Shown piece after piece: positions 47,892-57,131 of a stretch of DNA of 64,000 bases. The DNA comes from an uncultured virus (IMG/VR IMGVR_UViG_3300017971_000213) (Duplodnaviria > Heunggongvirae > Uroviricota > Caudoviricetes): IMG/VR virus record IMGVR_UViG_3300017971_000213, positions 1 to 64,000 of that record, one strand, 5' to 3'. A program made the translations under genes and the position numbers. The notes beneath the pieces were generated by a model that did not search any database, was not told the DNA's origin, and worked only from the letters and a program-made list of their open reading frames with translations. The stretch's first letter is position 1; each line of letters begins with the position of its first letter.

Positions 47892-48497
47892 CTACAACAG
47901 AGGTCTCACCTTGGTGTAGACCATCGTTGCGTTGACTGAGACGATACGGTCTCCTTGCGCTTGCATGTTCCGACCCAGACTGGTGAACCAGCAACCCGAG
48001 TACCAGAGCTTCTCCACGCTCACTTCCATCCCCTGAGGGACGGCCCCGGTGTCGATACCATCGAGGTCGTTCTCGGTCCCGATACCCAGTGCACCCCCGA
48101 CCTTAGTGTTGCCGAGAGTGTTGAGCATGCTGTCGCTGACCGACTGAAGCCACGGGGTGAACGGGGAGTCGTCCTTCTTCCCGTACCTGACCCATTTCTC
48201 CTCAACGTCGAACGGGTTGTGCTGGTCGGTGAGCATGTAGAGTGCCTTGTCGGTCCCCCAGATCTCCTCCATCTTCTTCGTGAAGAGATCGTACCTCGCC
48301 ACCTGAACGGTCTGGGAAGACGAGATGCCGGCAACGTGCTCGATGGGCGCCCCGAGACCGACAGCGTTGATCTCGTACTTCGGCTTGACGTCCCTCGCCT
48401 GGGAAGGAGCCCACGTCTGGATATGTCCGATGGTCTTCCCGCCCGCTCTGATAGAGATCGCATGGCTAGTGCGTACTTGCGTGACGGGTACTGGCAT
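47892..48497 (-). CDS. tail tube protein paralog 2 (with about 50-aa insertion)
   Basis: Closely similar to the adjacent tube gene at both ends (RTSHAISI.AGG..IG.IQTWAP.Q.R and GCWF...GRNMQAQGDRIV.VNAT). Confidence 0.8.
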   Translation of the reverse strand: MPVPVTQVRTSHAISIRAGGKTIGHIQTWAPSQARDVKPKYEINAVGLGAPIEHVAGISSSQTVQVARYDLFTKKMEEIWGTDKALYMLTDQHNPFDVEEKWVRYGKKDDSPFTPWLQSVSDSMLNTLGNTKVGGALGIGTENDLDGIDTGAVPQGMEVSVEKLWYSGCWFTSLGRNMQAQGDRIVSVNATMVYTKVRPLL

Positions 48498-48504
48498 GTG
48501 AGGC

Positions 48505-48951
48505 CTAGAGCGGTCGGATCTTGACGTAGTTGAGGGTCGCGTTGACCATCACGATACGGTCGCCCTGAGCTTGCATGTTGCGACCGATCTGCGAGAACCA
48601 GCAACCCTCGTAGTGGTAGAACTCGGTAGCGCCGTCCGGGTTTCTCCACTTCTCGCGCAGCTCCAAGGGATTGAGCTGGTCGGACAGCATCCAGAGAGCC
48701 TTCGCCGTACCCCAGACCTCCTCCATCTTGGAAGCAAAGAGGTCGTAACGCGCCACCTGGACGGTCAGGCCGGTGATGTTCCCCGGAACGTTCTCCGTCA
48801 CCTCACCACTCGTCTCCGACCGCAACTCGTACGTTGGCGTTATGGTACGAGACTGGTTGGGCGCCCACGTCTGGATCTGCCCAATGGGCACCCCTCCTGC
48901 CAGGATCGATATTGCATGGCTGGTGCGGATGTTTGTCTGCGGAACTGGCAT
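48505..48951 (-). CDS. tail tube protein
   Basis: 148 aa directly after the sheath gene; YEGCWFS motif common in contractile-tail tube proteins. Confidence 0.85.
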   Translation of the reverse strand: MPVPQTNIRTSHAISILAGGVPIGQIQTWAPNQSRTITPTYELRSETSGEVTENVPGNITGLTVQVARYDLFASKMEEVWGTAKALWMLSDQLNPLELREKWRNPDGATEFYHYEGCWFSQIGRNMQAQGDRIVMVNATLNYVKIRPL

Positions 48952-48974
48952 CTCTTAGCCTCCTCCCCTCTCGC

Positions 48975-51476
48975 CTACGCTGCCACGCTGAAGAAGGGGT
49001 TGTCGACGGAGAACTCACCGAAGAACCGCTTGGCCGGGTACTTCAGGTTGTACCAGTACTTGAAGTAGAACGTCCTCGGATCGGTCGAGGACTGGTACAC
49101 CTGGATGTCCGTGGTGGCGTCGATGTCCCTCGGGAGACCGGAAGAATCGCGGTAAGCCGCGATGGAACCGTTGTTGATGTTCGCCAGGATACCGAGCAGA
49201 ATCCACTTCTTGCAGTCTGTGATGAAGTCCGCGAGGTCGTCCGGAACGATACCCACAACGTTGCTCGTGAGCAACGTATCGACAGTCTTGGTGACAGCGT
49301 CCTTCTGCGCACTCGCTGAAGGCTCCTCGAACTGCACCACCTTGCCCCCGCCGGCCTCGGTGGTGAGAGGATCGAGCATGACGAAGCGACCTGCGTCGTA
49401 GGTGACTACGAGGACACCTTTGTCCGCCAGAGCGTGCCGCTCCCCGCGCAGGTAGGTCCCGAAACCGTCAGCGGTGAAGCCGGTGATCTGGAGACCGATG
49501 AGCGCCGACGAGGGACTCGGGAGACCCGCATAGATGGACGCCACCGCCGCCGCGATGTAGGTCCCGTCTAGATCGACGTTGACCTCCTGTCCCGTATCCA
49601 GGGTGAGGGTACGGGTAGCGTTCGGCGGAGCGATAAGGTGCATGCGCCCGCGCCCCGGAGAGTTGTTGCCCGGCTGGAGCGTCTGGGTGGACGCGAAGAT
49701 CAAGGTCCCCGGCGTATCGGGATCACCGACGTCGGTGTCCCTGGCCATGCCGAACCAGCCGCGACGATAGTGCTTCTCCAGCATCGACGACTCGCTGGAC
49801 ACATGGTTCATCTGGTAAACCATCGTCTCCAGCGCCGTATCGAGGGTCAACACTTCGGTGATGTTGACGTACTCCTTGGCCACGTCGATAGCAGAGTTGA
49901 TCTGGGTCTGCGTGGGAGAACCCGGCACCGTGGCATCGTTGACCTGGACCAAGTAGAGCGAAGACGCTCCGTTCTCGAAAGCAATCTCACCTGCGATACA
50001 CAGATGGTTGCGGATGTAGTTGCTCAGGTTGAGCTGCGTCGTATACGCGTAGAGCTGGTCGACATCGAAGACCCGGTGAGCGGTGGAGTAGTCCGTGGAA
50101 GGCCGGGTGTAGTCGTAAGTGCTGTAGAAGGAGGTCCCGTAAGCGGGACGCTGTCCGGTCCCGTTCACGATGTAGGGCTGCGTGATGTTGCCGAAGATGG
50201 TCGTGAAGGCGTCGGTGGCGTTCGACAGGAACATGATCGAGGACGCGGCGCCCTTCTCGGCCGGCGTGTTCTCGAACGCATCCGGAGCTGTCAGCACCAC
50301 CGTGTTGCCCAACACCTGCGCCACATGGCTGAACTCGGGACCGTAGGCGGTAGCGATGCTGTTCAGTGCCGTGTTGATGTCATCCGCCACCGTGGTCACG
50401 TTGGTCGGAGCGCCTGGGGTTAGCGTAACCGCCACCTGGGTGAGACCGTTGATCTGGATGAGCAACTGGTCGTTCACGCCGGCCACAATCGTCGGAGGAG
50501 ACGCAACGAAGTCAACCGAAGTCACCGTAGCCTGCGACCACGAAGTGGTGTCCCAATCAAGATCGTTGGAAGCACCATTCTCGTAATCGTAGTTCTTGAT
50601 GTAGTCGATACCGCCCGGATACGAACCCACGCTGACAATGTCGGACAGCGGCGTCGAAGTGCCGGCTCCGGACAGAGCGTCTGTGAGCGTCTCGATTGAG
50701 ATGTACTCGATGGTGTAGGTGGCGGCGGAGTTGTAAGCGGCGTCAGCAACCGTGATGGACGTCGCGGCCTGCACCCCACCCGAAGCCGCCGGAACCCACG
50801 CAGCGTTTGAAATGATGGACGCGGCGTCTTCTTCCATCGACAGGAAGACCTTCACGTCACTGGCAGACTCCGTCGAGGGAGACGTGAGAGTGATGTACTT
50901 CTGCGTCACACCAGCGACCGCCGCTGCCACCGCAGAGTATGCAGCACCGTAAGTGCTGTAGTAGGTCCCCAAGGGATTACCCAACTCGTAGTTGACGTAT
51001 GCCGCGACCTCGTCCGCAGTCGCCGTAGCAGGGGCCGCGATGATGCCAACCGGGGCAACACCGAAATCGATGGTCACCGCGCGCTTCCCATCGAGAGACA
51101 CGGTGAAGTTGTGAGTACCGCCAGCGGTGGATACGTCCACCGTGGCAGCGCCCCACTCCGAGCCGGTCAAGACCGCCGGGTTGAACGACCAATCTCCGAG
51201 ACCCAGCTCGTTGTCGTTCATATACAGGACGGCCTCGTTGCGGGATCTGTTCGAAGCGTTCGACAGAGTAGCCGTATGAGGGCTAGAAGACGCCACGGTC
51301 AAGGTCTCGTCGTACACCTTTCCGCGAACGATCTCCTCGTCGACGCTACGACGAGTCCGGGGCGCAATCCCGACCAGAGCGAGCGTTCTCTCGGACGTCA
51401 CCGAAACGGAACCCGGAGTGATTACCTCCGAGATATATACGCCAGGGTCAACGTATCGTGAAATCGAGATTGCCAT
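48975..51476 (-). CDS. contractile tail sheath protein
   Basis: N-terminal YVDPGVYISE, ALVG, AFENGAS, LADKGVLVV, and a C-terminal FYFKYWYNLKYPAK. Confidence 0.9.
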   Translation of the reverse strand: MAISISRYVDPGVYISEVITPGSVSVTSERTLALVGIAPRTRRSVDEEIVRGKVYDETLTVASSSPHTATLSNASNRSRNEAVLYMNDNELGLGDWSFNPAVLTGSEWGAATVDVSTAGGTHNFTVSLDGKRAVTIDFGVAPVGIIAAPATATADEVAAYVNYELGNPLGTYYSTYGAAYSAVAAAVAGVTQKYITLTSPSTESASDVKVFLSMEEDAASIISNAAWVPAASGGVQAATSITVADAAYNSAATYTIEYISIETLTDALSGAGTSTPLSDIVSVGSYPGGIDYIKNYDYENGASNDLDWDTTSWSQATVTSVDFVASPPTIVAGVNDQLLIQINGLTQVAVTLTPGAPTNVTTVADDINTALNSIATAYGPEFSHVAQVLGNTVVLTAPDAFENTPAEKGAASSIMFLSNATDAFTTIFGNITQPYIVNGTGQRPAYGTSFYSTYDYTRPSTDYSTAHRVFDVDQLYAYTTQLNLSNYIRNHLCIAGEIAFENGASSLYLVQVNDATVPGSPTQTQINSAIDVAKEYVNITEVLTLDTALETMVYQMNHVSSESSMLEKHYRRGWFGMARDTDVGDPDTPGTLIFASTQTLQPGNNSPGRGRMHLIAPPNATRTLTLDTGQEVNVDLDGTYIAAAVASIYAGLPSPSSALIGLQITGFTADGFGTYLRGERHALADKGVLVVTYDAGRFVMLDPLTTEAGGGKVVQFEEPSASAQKDAVTKTVDTLLTSNVVGIVPDDLADFITDCKKWILLGILANINNGSIAAYRDSSGLPRDIDATTDIQVYQSSTDPRTFYFKYWYNLKYPAKRFFGEFSVDNPFFSVAA

Positions 51477-51507
51477 CTGGAATCCTCCCTTAGATTCGTT
51501 GTGACCT

Positions 51508-51538
51508 AGTATAGCGTGCCCGGCCTCGGGATTCTAAA
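51508..51538 (-). promoter_or_regulatory. putative late promoter TTTAGAATCCC-N14-TATACT upstream of the sheath gene
   Basis: Conserved 11-mer plus a near-consensus -10 element in an intergenic gap. Confidence 0.65.
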
Positions 51539-51547
51539 GACAAGGGG

Positions 51548-52705
51548 TCAACCTATCTTCAAGTAATTGGCACCGAAATAGTCCCCTTGGGGCAGCTCCT
51601 CGGTACTCACCAGATCCGTCTCGCGGATAAAGGTGTACTCGCCTCTGTTGAAGGGCCGATCCACGAAGTCCGCCGTCACCACAGGCACGCTACCCCGGAT
51701 GGAGTGGATAAACGCCTGCTGCTCTCCGCCCTGTCGGGGTACGTTGTACTCGCCAGCCCAGGTGAATTCTCTCTTCAAGATGATCTGGAACCACTCCGGA
51801 GGGCTCAACTCGGGGTCGTCGTATGAACGCCCGAGCATCTGGAAGAACTGACGTGACATGTAAAAAGTGAAAAAATCGTACACCAGATCGGCCAAAGCCG
51901 TACGGGTGTTCAAGCTGTCCGCGACCACATCGATGTTGATGGTGAGATCGGCAGCCACGGCATACCTACGATACGGAGGGTTGACCTCGTAGTCGAGGTA
52001 CGTGACGTACTGACCGGTCTTGTACCCCAACGCCAACAAGCAATCAGGGGTACCTCCGATGACCTCCATAGCGTTCGGAGTTCCGTGAGCGGCAGGTCCC
52101 CCGCTGACGATCTGAAGCTGTCCGGTACCGTTCTTCTGCGCGTGAGTATACAGGACCTGGGCGTTGATGGCTTGGATGACATCGTCCACCGTAGCGCTGT
52201 GGATATCCGGGAACAGGATGTCCTCGAACAGAATCACAGTATCCACAGGATCGTTGTCCAGCCCGAGAGGCCACGTACGGATATGAAGCTCCCACCCCGG
52301 TGAGAGGTCGTAAGGACCCCCATTCTCAGCGGTCAGGCGAGGAAGAGTCTGATTCGTCACCGCGTGAACATCACCAAGACCCAACGCCTTCTCTTTGGCG
52401 TTGGCAGACGTAATCACCACCATCGGAAACTTGTCCGGAGTGTCCCCAAAGCTCATGATGAAGTTCATCACGGTCTCCATGGACTGCGTGGTGTTGTTGG
52501 TTCCCATGTGAGCGAACTTCTCGATGGCCGGGAACTCTCCGATCTTAGCCCGGATGTCATCCGAACGGTAATCGAAGAAACGACGAATCTCGGACGCGAA
52601 GGCGTCCTTGGTCGTCTCGATCAGCTGACCAAACCTGGGCGGATCGTCAGGATCGAACGGCTGCGTGGGTCGGTACTCGCGCGGCCCTGAGAAGTCATCA
52701 ACCAT
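51548..52705 (-). CDS. tail terminator / neck protein
   Basis: Position before the sheath gene; FPMVVIT...LTINIDVVADS...RTALADLV pattern of tail terminators, with an inserted domain. Confidence 0.6.
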   Translation of the reverse strand: MVDDFSGPREYRPTQPFDPDDPPRFGQLIETTKDAFASEIRRFFDYRSDDIRAKIGEFPAIEKFAHMGTNNTTQSMETVMNFIMSFGDTPDKFPMVVITSANAKEKALGLGDVHAVTNQTLPRLTAENGGPYDLSPGWELHIRTWPLGLDNDPVDTVILFEDILFPDIHSATVDDVIQAINAQVLYTHAQKNGTGQLQIVSGGPAAHGTPNAMEVIGGTPDCLLALGYKTGQYVTYLDYEVNPPYRRYAVAADLTINIDVVADSLNTRTALADLVYDFFTFYMSRQFFQMLGRSYDDPELSPPEWFQIILKREFTWAGEYNVPRQGGEQQAFIHSIRGSVPVVTADFVDRPFNRGEYTFIRETDLVSTEELPQGDYFGANYLKIG

Positions 52706-53421
52706 TAGGCCCTCTCGTCCATATCCGGATCATACGTGTACGGGCGCATGTACTCGTCCCTCAGGGTATCCATGGCATCCCGCCAGTCGGACTCCTGCTG
52801 CTCCAGCGCGCGAACCCTCCGAGCCACCTCGGAGGTGTCGACCCCGAACATCTTGGCTGCGATGTGGATCGACAGCCCCCGACCCTGATCCCGAGCAGCC
52901 ATGTCCTGTAGAGCCCACGCCGCAGCGTCCTCTACAGGATCGGTAGACGCGTACTTCTCCTCCATCTCGTTGAGATGAGTGTAGTACTTGGGGTCCTCGA
53001 CCAGGTGGTCGAGGGCGATCTCCAGCGCGAGCTTGGGGTCGTCGGTGTGCTCCATCTCCACGCGAACACCCTCGAAGACCTGACACAGGCAGAAATCGCT
53101 CGGGTACATATCGTCCCCGAGACCACCGTCGAGACGATCACCTTCAGCGGCACGACGACGGAGCGCAACCTTGATCATCGAGTCCAGGTACCCAAGCACC
53201 TTCTCTGCGTTGTGCTCGTACGCCAACTCGTAGATCTCCTCAACGTCAGCCCCGGCATCCATGAGCCGGTCAACGTAGCTCACATCGTCGGACATCACAG
53301 CATCCCAGAGGTACTGGTGGTACTCCGGAGGAAGGGCGGCTTTGCGCTTCTCCATGAAAGACGCCATGCGGACTTCCGCACCCTCCAAGAAACCGCGCTT
53401 CATCAGGCTTCGAGTGAACAT
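52705..53421 (-). CDS. protein with ankyrin-like repeat and DUF5661-like motif
   Basis: LWDAVMSDDVSYVDRLMDAGADV (ankyrin-like); GVRVEMEHTDDPKLALEIALDHLVEDPKYYTHL (DUF5661-like). Confidence 0.6.
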   Translation of the reverse strand: MFTRSLMKRGFLEGAEVRMASFMEKRKAALPPEYHQYLWDAVMSDDVSYVDRLMDAGADVEEIYELAYEHNAEKVLGYLDSMIKVALRRRAAEGDRLDGGLGDDMYPSDFCLCQVFEGVRVEMEHTDDPKLALEIALDHLVEDPKYYTHLNEMEEKYASTDPVEDAAAWALQDMAARDQGRGLSIHIAAKMFGVDTSEVARRVRALEQQESDWRDAMDTLRDEYMRPYTYDPDMDERA

Positions 53422-53430
53422 TCTGTCCTC

Positions 53431-54543
53431 CTACCAAACGAGACTCATGGGCTCGACCGGGTCTGCAATACGAATCTTGAACGTCTGTGACGTGATGATG
53501 TACCCAAAGGGATCGGAGTTCTTCCAGGTCGTGGTCACGTACCGGTTGCCTGCACGCGCGCCATCGAGAACCTCGATCAGCACGTTCGGACCCTTGATCA
53601 TCTCTTCCTCGCTCCCCACGGTGATCGTGGGATCGAACAAGGACAATCCGGCTGTCCAGAACTCCAACCCGTCCTCCAGCGGGATGTCACCGTACTCCTG
53701 CTTCTTGTACCCCGTCGTCGGAGGCTCTCGCATGATGAGAATCCAGGGACCCATCCTGTAGGAGCCGCCAACGTCCTCCCTGCTGAGAGCGATGGTGGCG
53801 TACCTGGCCCGGACGACCTCGAAAAAAGGCGACAGAACGTTCGCGGTATCCCTGGTCAAGGTAGCCCGGAAACGGATGTTGCCGCTGCTCGGGTTGACCG
53901 TCAGCAAGTCACAGATCGGGCTCCAGCTACCGCCAGAGTCCAGAGAGAACTCCACAACGACGTCAGAGACGCCGTCCTCGCGCACCAGAGACCAGTAGTC
54001 GGCTTCCCAGGTAGAACCCAGGACGTCACGGATAAACGGCTTGTCAGCGCTCTCGATAGTACCTGAGAGTGCATCATCTACGAGTTCGAGCTTGGCCGAT
54101 TTGAAATTCTTGGACAGGCGCAGGTTCGTCAACGTCGCGTCAACGTCCATGCCGGTCATCCAGAGGGTTTCGTAGCCGAACTTGAAGAACCCAGGAACCT
54201 TTCCCACTCCGTGACAGGCAGAGCACTTCCGATCCGGTTGCTGGTTCGACTCCTTGTAGCACCCGCACTTGACGCCGTCCTCGACACCCTGCCAGAGATC
54301 AGCACGAATACTACCGGCGAGAATCTGCTCGATCAGGAGCGCCCTCTCCTTGGAGAGTTGCTGCTCACCGAAGACGTGGGAATGAATGTCGCGACCCCAG
54401 TAGCCGACGGCCATGTGTCCCAGGTCCATACAACCCGGACGCTTCGGCCCGCACACACCTTGGTCGCCGTCACCGTTGCCGTTCGAGCCGTTCCCGTTTC
54501 CGGAACCGTTGCCGTTAAGGCCACTGGGAGTACACGTGGTCAC
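53431..54543 (-). CDS. head closure / neck protein with Zn-binding motif
   Basis: KCGC...KCSACHGVG..PGF motif seen in large-phage neck proteins; GN-rich N terminus; neck-region position. Confidence 0.55.
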   Translation of the reverse strand: MTTCTPSGLNGNGSGNGNGSNGNGDGDQGVCGPKRPGCMDLGHMAVGYWGRDIHSHVFGEQQLSKERALLIEQILAGSIRADLWQGVEDGVKCGCYKESNQQPDRKCSACHGVGKVPGFFKFGYETLWMTGMDVDATLTNLRLSKNFKSAKLELVDDALSGTIESADKPFIRDVLGSTWEADYWSLVREDGVSDVVVEFSLDSGGSWSPICDLLTVNPSSGNIRFRATLTRDTANVLSPFFEVVRARYATIALSREDVGGSYRMGPWILIMREPPTTGYKKQEYGDIPLEDGLEFWTAGLSLFDPTITVGSEEEMIKGPNVLIEVLDGARAGNRYVTTTWKNSDPFGYIITSQTFKIRIADPVEPMSLVW

Positions 54544-54722
54544 CGTCCCTCCAAAAGCTCCTCGAACAACTCATCGAGCGGCCGACCCTGTCCGCCGTCG
54601 TACTCATCGATCAGCTTCCGCCACCGTCCATCATCGAAAAGGTTGACCGTCTTCTGGTTGTCCTTCTTGGCAGGATCGAAGAGGTCTGCTCGGATCTCTT
54701 CGGTCATCAGCTCGAACTCCAC
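54540..54722 (-). CDS. small hypothetical protein
   Basis: 60-aa ORF filling the gap and overlapping both neighbours. Confidence 0.5.
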   Translation of the reverse strand: MEFELMTEEIRADLFDPAKKDNQKTVNLFDDGRWRKLIDEYDGGQGRPLDELFEELLEGR

Positions 54723-55615
54723 AGGTTACGGAACAAGGACCCTGGAGGTGCACTGGCCAGCATCATCGAGAACGCCATGTCCATACGAACCTCGACACCT
54801 ATGGTACCGGAGTTGATGAAGTGTCGCTTGAAGTTGGGAACACGCTCCTCCAGCTCAGCGCGGAGCTGCTGGATGTACCCCGCCAGAGGCGTGGCGTGTT
54901 GCAGAACAAAGCTGTGACCGGAATCCGAGAAGTTCGGAACGTCGGTGTCGATGGAGAACAGGAGCTGACTCGTGATTCCCTGGTAGAGCGCAGCCCGGAG
55001 TAGGATGTCCGAATGCAGCTCAATGGGGAAGTAATCGATATTGTGCCACATCGGATAGGGCTGGAAGGTGTTGATGTACGCCAACCCCAGCTTGAGGAAG
55101 AGAGCCAGCATGCCGTCGGTGTACCCGATGAAGCAGTACTTCTCTGGCAGGTTGGGCTTGACCGTCTTGTCGATGAGCAAACGAAGAGCCGGCAGCAACG
55201 ACAAGGTTCTCGGCGTAACCACCTCTACAACCTGCGTACGGTATGCATCCTCGGAGGTAGCGTTCTGCCGCGAGTGCCAATTGAACAACAACGTCTGCGC
55301 CGTGTCCGTCTCGCCGTCCTCGGAACCAAACCTGAGATAGTACTTTCCCGTAGTGAGGTTCTTCAAACGCCGTTGATCGGGATCGGCCAACGGCGGGTTG
55401 TAGGCCTCGGAGTAGATGACGTTGCCGCCAACATCCGTGACCTCGACCTCCAGCTCGCCTTTGGGATCTCCAGCCGCGTCAACACCCGTCTCAATGTCAA
55501 TGACGGACCCCGTGGAGTCTTGCAGCTCTATGTCTATTCGACGCACCGCATTCGTACGAACAAGCTCCGTCATGTTCGCCACGGACGGGTGCTCAGCTCC
55601 GGGCTGGATGATCAA
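54707..55615 (-). CDS. head-tail adaptor / neck protein
   Basis: Ig-like N terminus, then LRLLIDK...YTDGML..FL..GL..IN..QP and a helical adaptor-like C terminus. Confidence 0.6.
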   Translation of the reverse strand: MIIQPGAEHPSVANMTELVRTNAVRRIDIELQDSTGSVIDIETGVDAAGDPKGELEVEVTDVGGNVIYSEAYNPPLADPDQRRLKNLTTGKYYLRFGSEDGETDTAQTLLFNWHSRQNATSEDAYRTQVVEVVTPRTLSLLPALRLLIDKTVKPNLPEKYCFIGYTDGMLALFLKLGLAYINTFQPYPMWHNIDYFPIELHSDILLRAALYQGITSQLLFSIDTDVPNFSDSGHSFVLQHATPLAGYIQQLRAELEERVPNFKRHFINSGTIGVEVRMDMAFSMMLASAPPGSLFRNLWSSS

Positions 55616-55616
55616 C

Positions 55617-56003
55617 CTACTCTCCTACGATCAGGACGTACACGTTCGCGTCGAGGACACCAGGATTGGTGATCTCCAACGCTGTCAAGGTCGCGCCGTT
55701 CCACATGATGAAACCGCCCTCAGCGAGGTTAAAGACCTCCGTGCCGCCATTGACCTTGTACGTGACCGCCTTGTCGGTCCCCACATAGACGAACTTGCCG
55801 TCCGCGACGGTACCGAAGTTCACCGGCTGGATACCGGCAGGCGCGATGGTGTACTCGAACACCACCTTCTCGGCGTAAGTCACCTCAACGCCAGTGTCAG
55901 AGTCGTCAGGGGTCACTTCCGGGGTTCCGATGATGATCGGCGTGGTGGAACCGCCCGGAGAGTTCGGAAGGGTCATGCGCCCCGTCACCGCCAGAGTTGC
56001 CAT
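55617..56003 (-). CDS. small beta-rich virion protein
   Basis: 128 aa, beta-strand pattern, in the head-neck region. Confidence 0.55.
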   Translation of the reverse strand: MATLAVTGRMTLPNSPGGSTTPIIIGTPEVTPDDSDTGVEVTYAEKVVFEYTIAPAGIQPVNFGTVADGKFVYVGTDKAVTYKVNGGTEVFNLAEGGFIMWNGATLTALEITNPGVLDANVYVLIVGE

Positions 56004-56015
56004 GTCGTGTCTCCT

Positions 56016-56468
56016 CTATCTCGTTTCGGCCAAACCGAAATTCAAACCCACAGCGAGCGCAGCAGCACCCACAAAACCGACACTGAACCAAAGAATGGGA
56101 GATCGATACCACTTCCGCAAAGACTCGATCTCGCTCTCGTAGTAGTCTTGCTGAGCCTCTGTCACCGAGACCTGATCGTTGAAAGCCTTTTCCCACTTGC
56201 CGGAGATCTTCTCAGTGATCTCTATGTCACGCTTCAGCAGTAACGTGTAGTCCTCGAACTTCTCAACCTTCAGCTCCAGCTTCGATACCTTGAGACGGAG
56301 CGGAGGAAGCTCCTTGAGGTCCTTGAGCATCCGGGTCGCGCTCTCTTCGGGGAACCAGAAACCCGGATGGCCCTCGTGCTCCAGCTCGACACTCTCCACG
56401 TCCTCCGCGAGAACAACTGACGGTGTCAGCAGGGTGATGAAGACGAAGACGAGAAGGAGCAGCCTCAT
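56016..56468 (-). CDS. exported coiled-coil membrane protein (spanin-like candidate)
   Basis: Signal-peptide-like N terminus (MRLLLLVFVFITLLTPSVVLA), coiled coil, C-terminal hydrophobic helix. Confidence 0.55.
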   Translation of the reverse strand: MRLLLLVFVFITLLTPSVVLAEDVESVELEHEGHPGFWFPEESATRMLKDLKELPPLRLKVSKLELKVEKFEDYTLLLKRDIEITEKISGKWEKAFNDQVSVTEAQQDYYESEIESLRKWYRSPILWFSVGFVGAAALAVGLNFGLAETR

Positions 56469-56473
56469 GGCGA

Positions 56474-56779
56474 CTAAAGACCCTTAGGGGCACCGGACGG
56501 TGTCGTGTCTATCGCAGTGAACTCTTCCACGATGCGCTCTACGGCATCCAACCGCTCAGAGGCTTCCTCGTGTTTCCCCTCATCAGCGAGCCTGTGCGCC
56601 TGGTCCCAAGCGTCCCACGCCATATCGTACCAGTACCCACCCGTATCGAGGAGCCGGTCCTCTATCGCCGCCAGCTCCTCTTTCCAGTAGTGAAGAGAAT
56701 CCCACGCCAGGTATTCTTCCTGCGCGGTCTTGCTGGCAATACGATAAAGGGAATCATCGCTGAAAGTGGTATTCCTCAT
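56474..56779 (-). CDS. small acidic hypothetical protein
   Basis: 101-aa ORF tightly packed between neighbours. Confidence 0.6.
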   Translation of the reverse strand: MRNTTFSDDSLYRIASKTAQEEYLAWDSLHYWKEELAAIEDRLLDTGGYWYDMAWDAWDQAHRLADEGKHEEASERLDAVERIVEEFTAIDTTPSGAPKGL

Positions 56780-56780
56780 G

Positions 56781-57131
56781 CTAGTACCTCAGCTTTCTGA
56801 ACTCTTCGAGCTTCTCCTTCGAAGAGAGACGGTCTACCTCGTCCCGCTCGTTCTTAATCTTCTCGTTGAGCTTCTCAATGTCTGCATCAATGGCTTTGAT
56901 CTCTTCCTCTACGTCGCCCTCGCGCTCGCGAATGATGTCGCGCTTCCCTTCGAGACGCGCAACCTCTCGCTCGGCCTTGAGCACCTTAACCTTGTGCTGC
57001 TGAATGAGGCGCTTCTTCTGATCTCGGATAATGGTCGCCCCGAAAAACGCAGCGAAAAGGAGCACGACAGTACCCGCGATCCACTCCCAGTTACGCTTCA
57101 ACCAGCGCCAAGCTTTCTTCAGCCAAGACAT
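56781..57131 (-). CDS. membrane-anchored coiled-coil protein (i-spanin-like candidate)
   Basis: Basic amphipathic N terminus, one TM segment (WIAGTVVLLFAAFFGATII), then a charged coiled coil. Confidence 0.55.
   Translation of the reverse strand: MSWLKKAWRWLKRNWEWIAGTVVLLFAAFFGATIIRDQKKRLIQQHKVKVLKAEREVARLEGKRDIIREREGDVEEEIKAIDADIEKLNEKIKNERDEVDRLSSKEKLEEFRKLRY

Noticed and set aside
31907..51476. Extracellular contractile injection system or tailocin
   Set aside because: Capsid, scaffold, neck and a full replication module are contiguous, so this is a phage.
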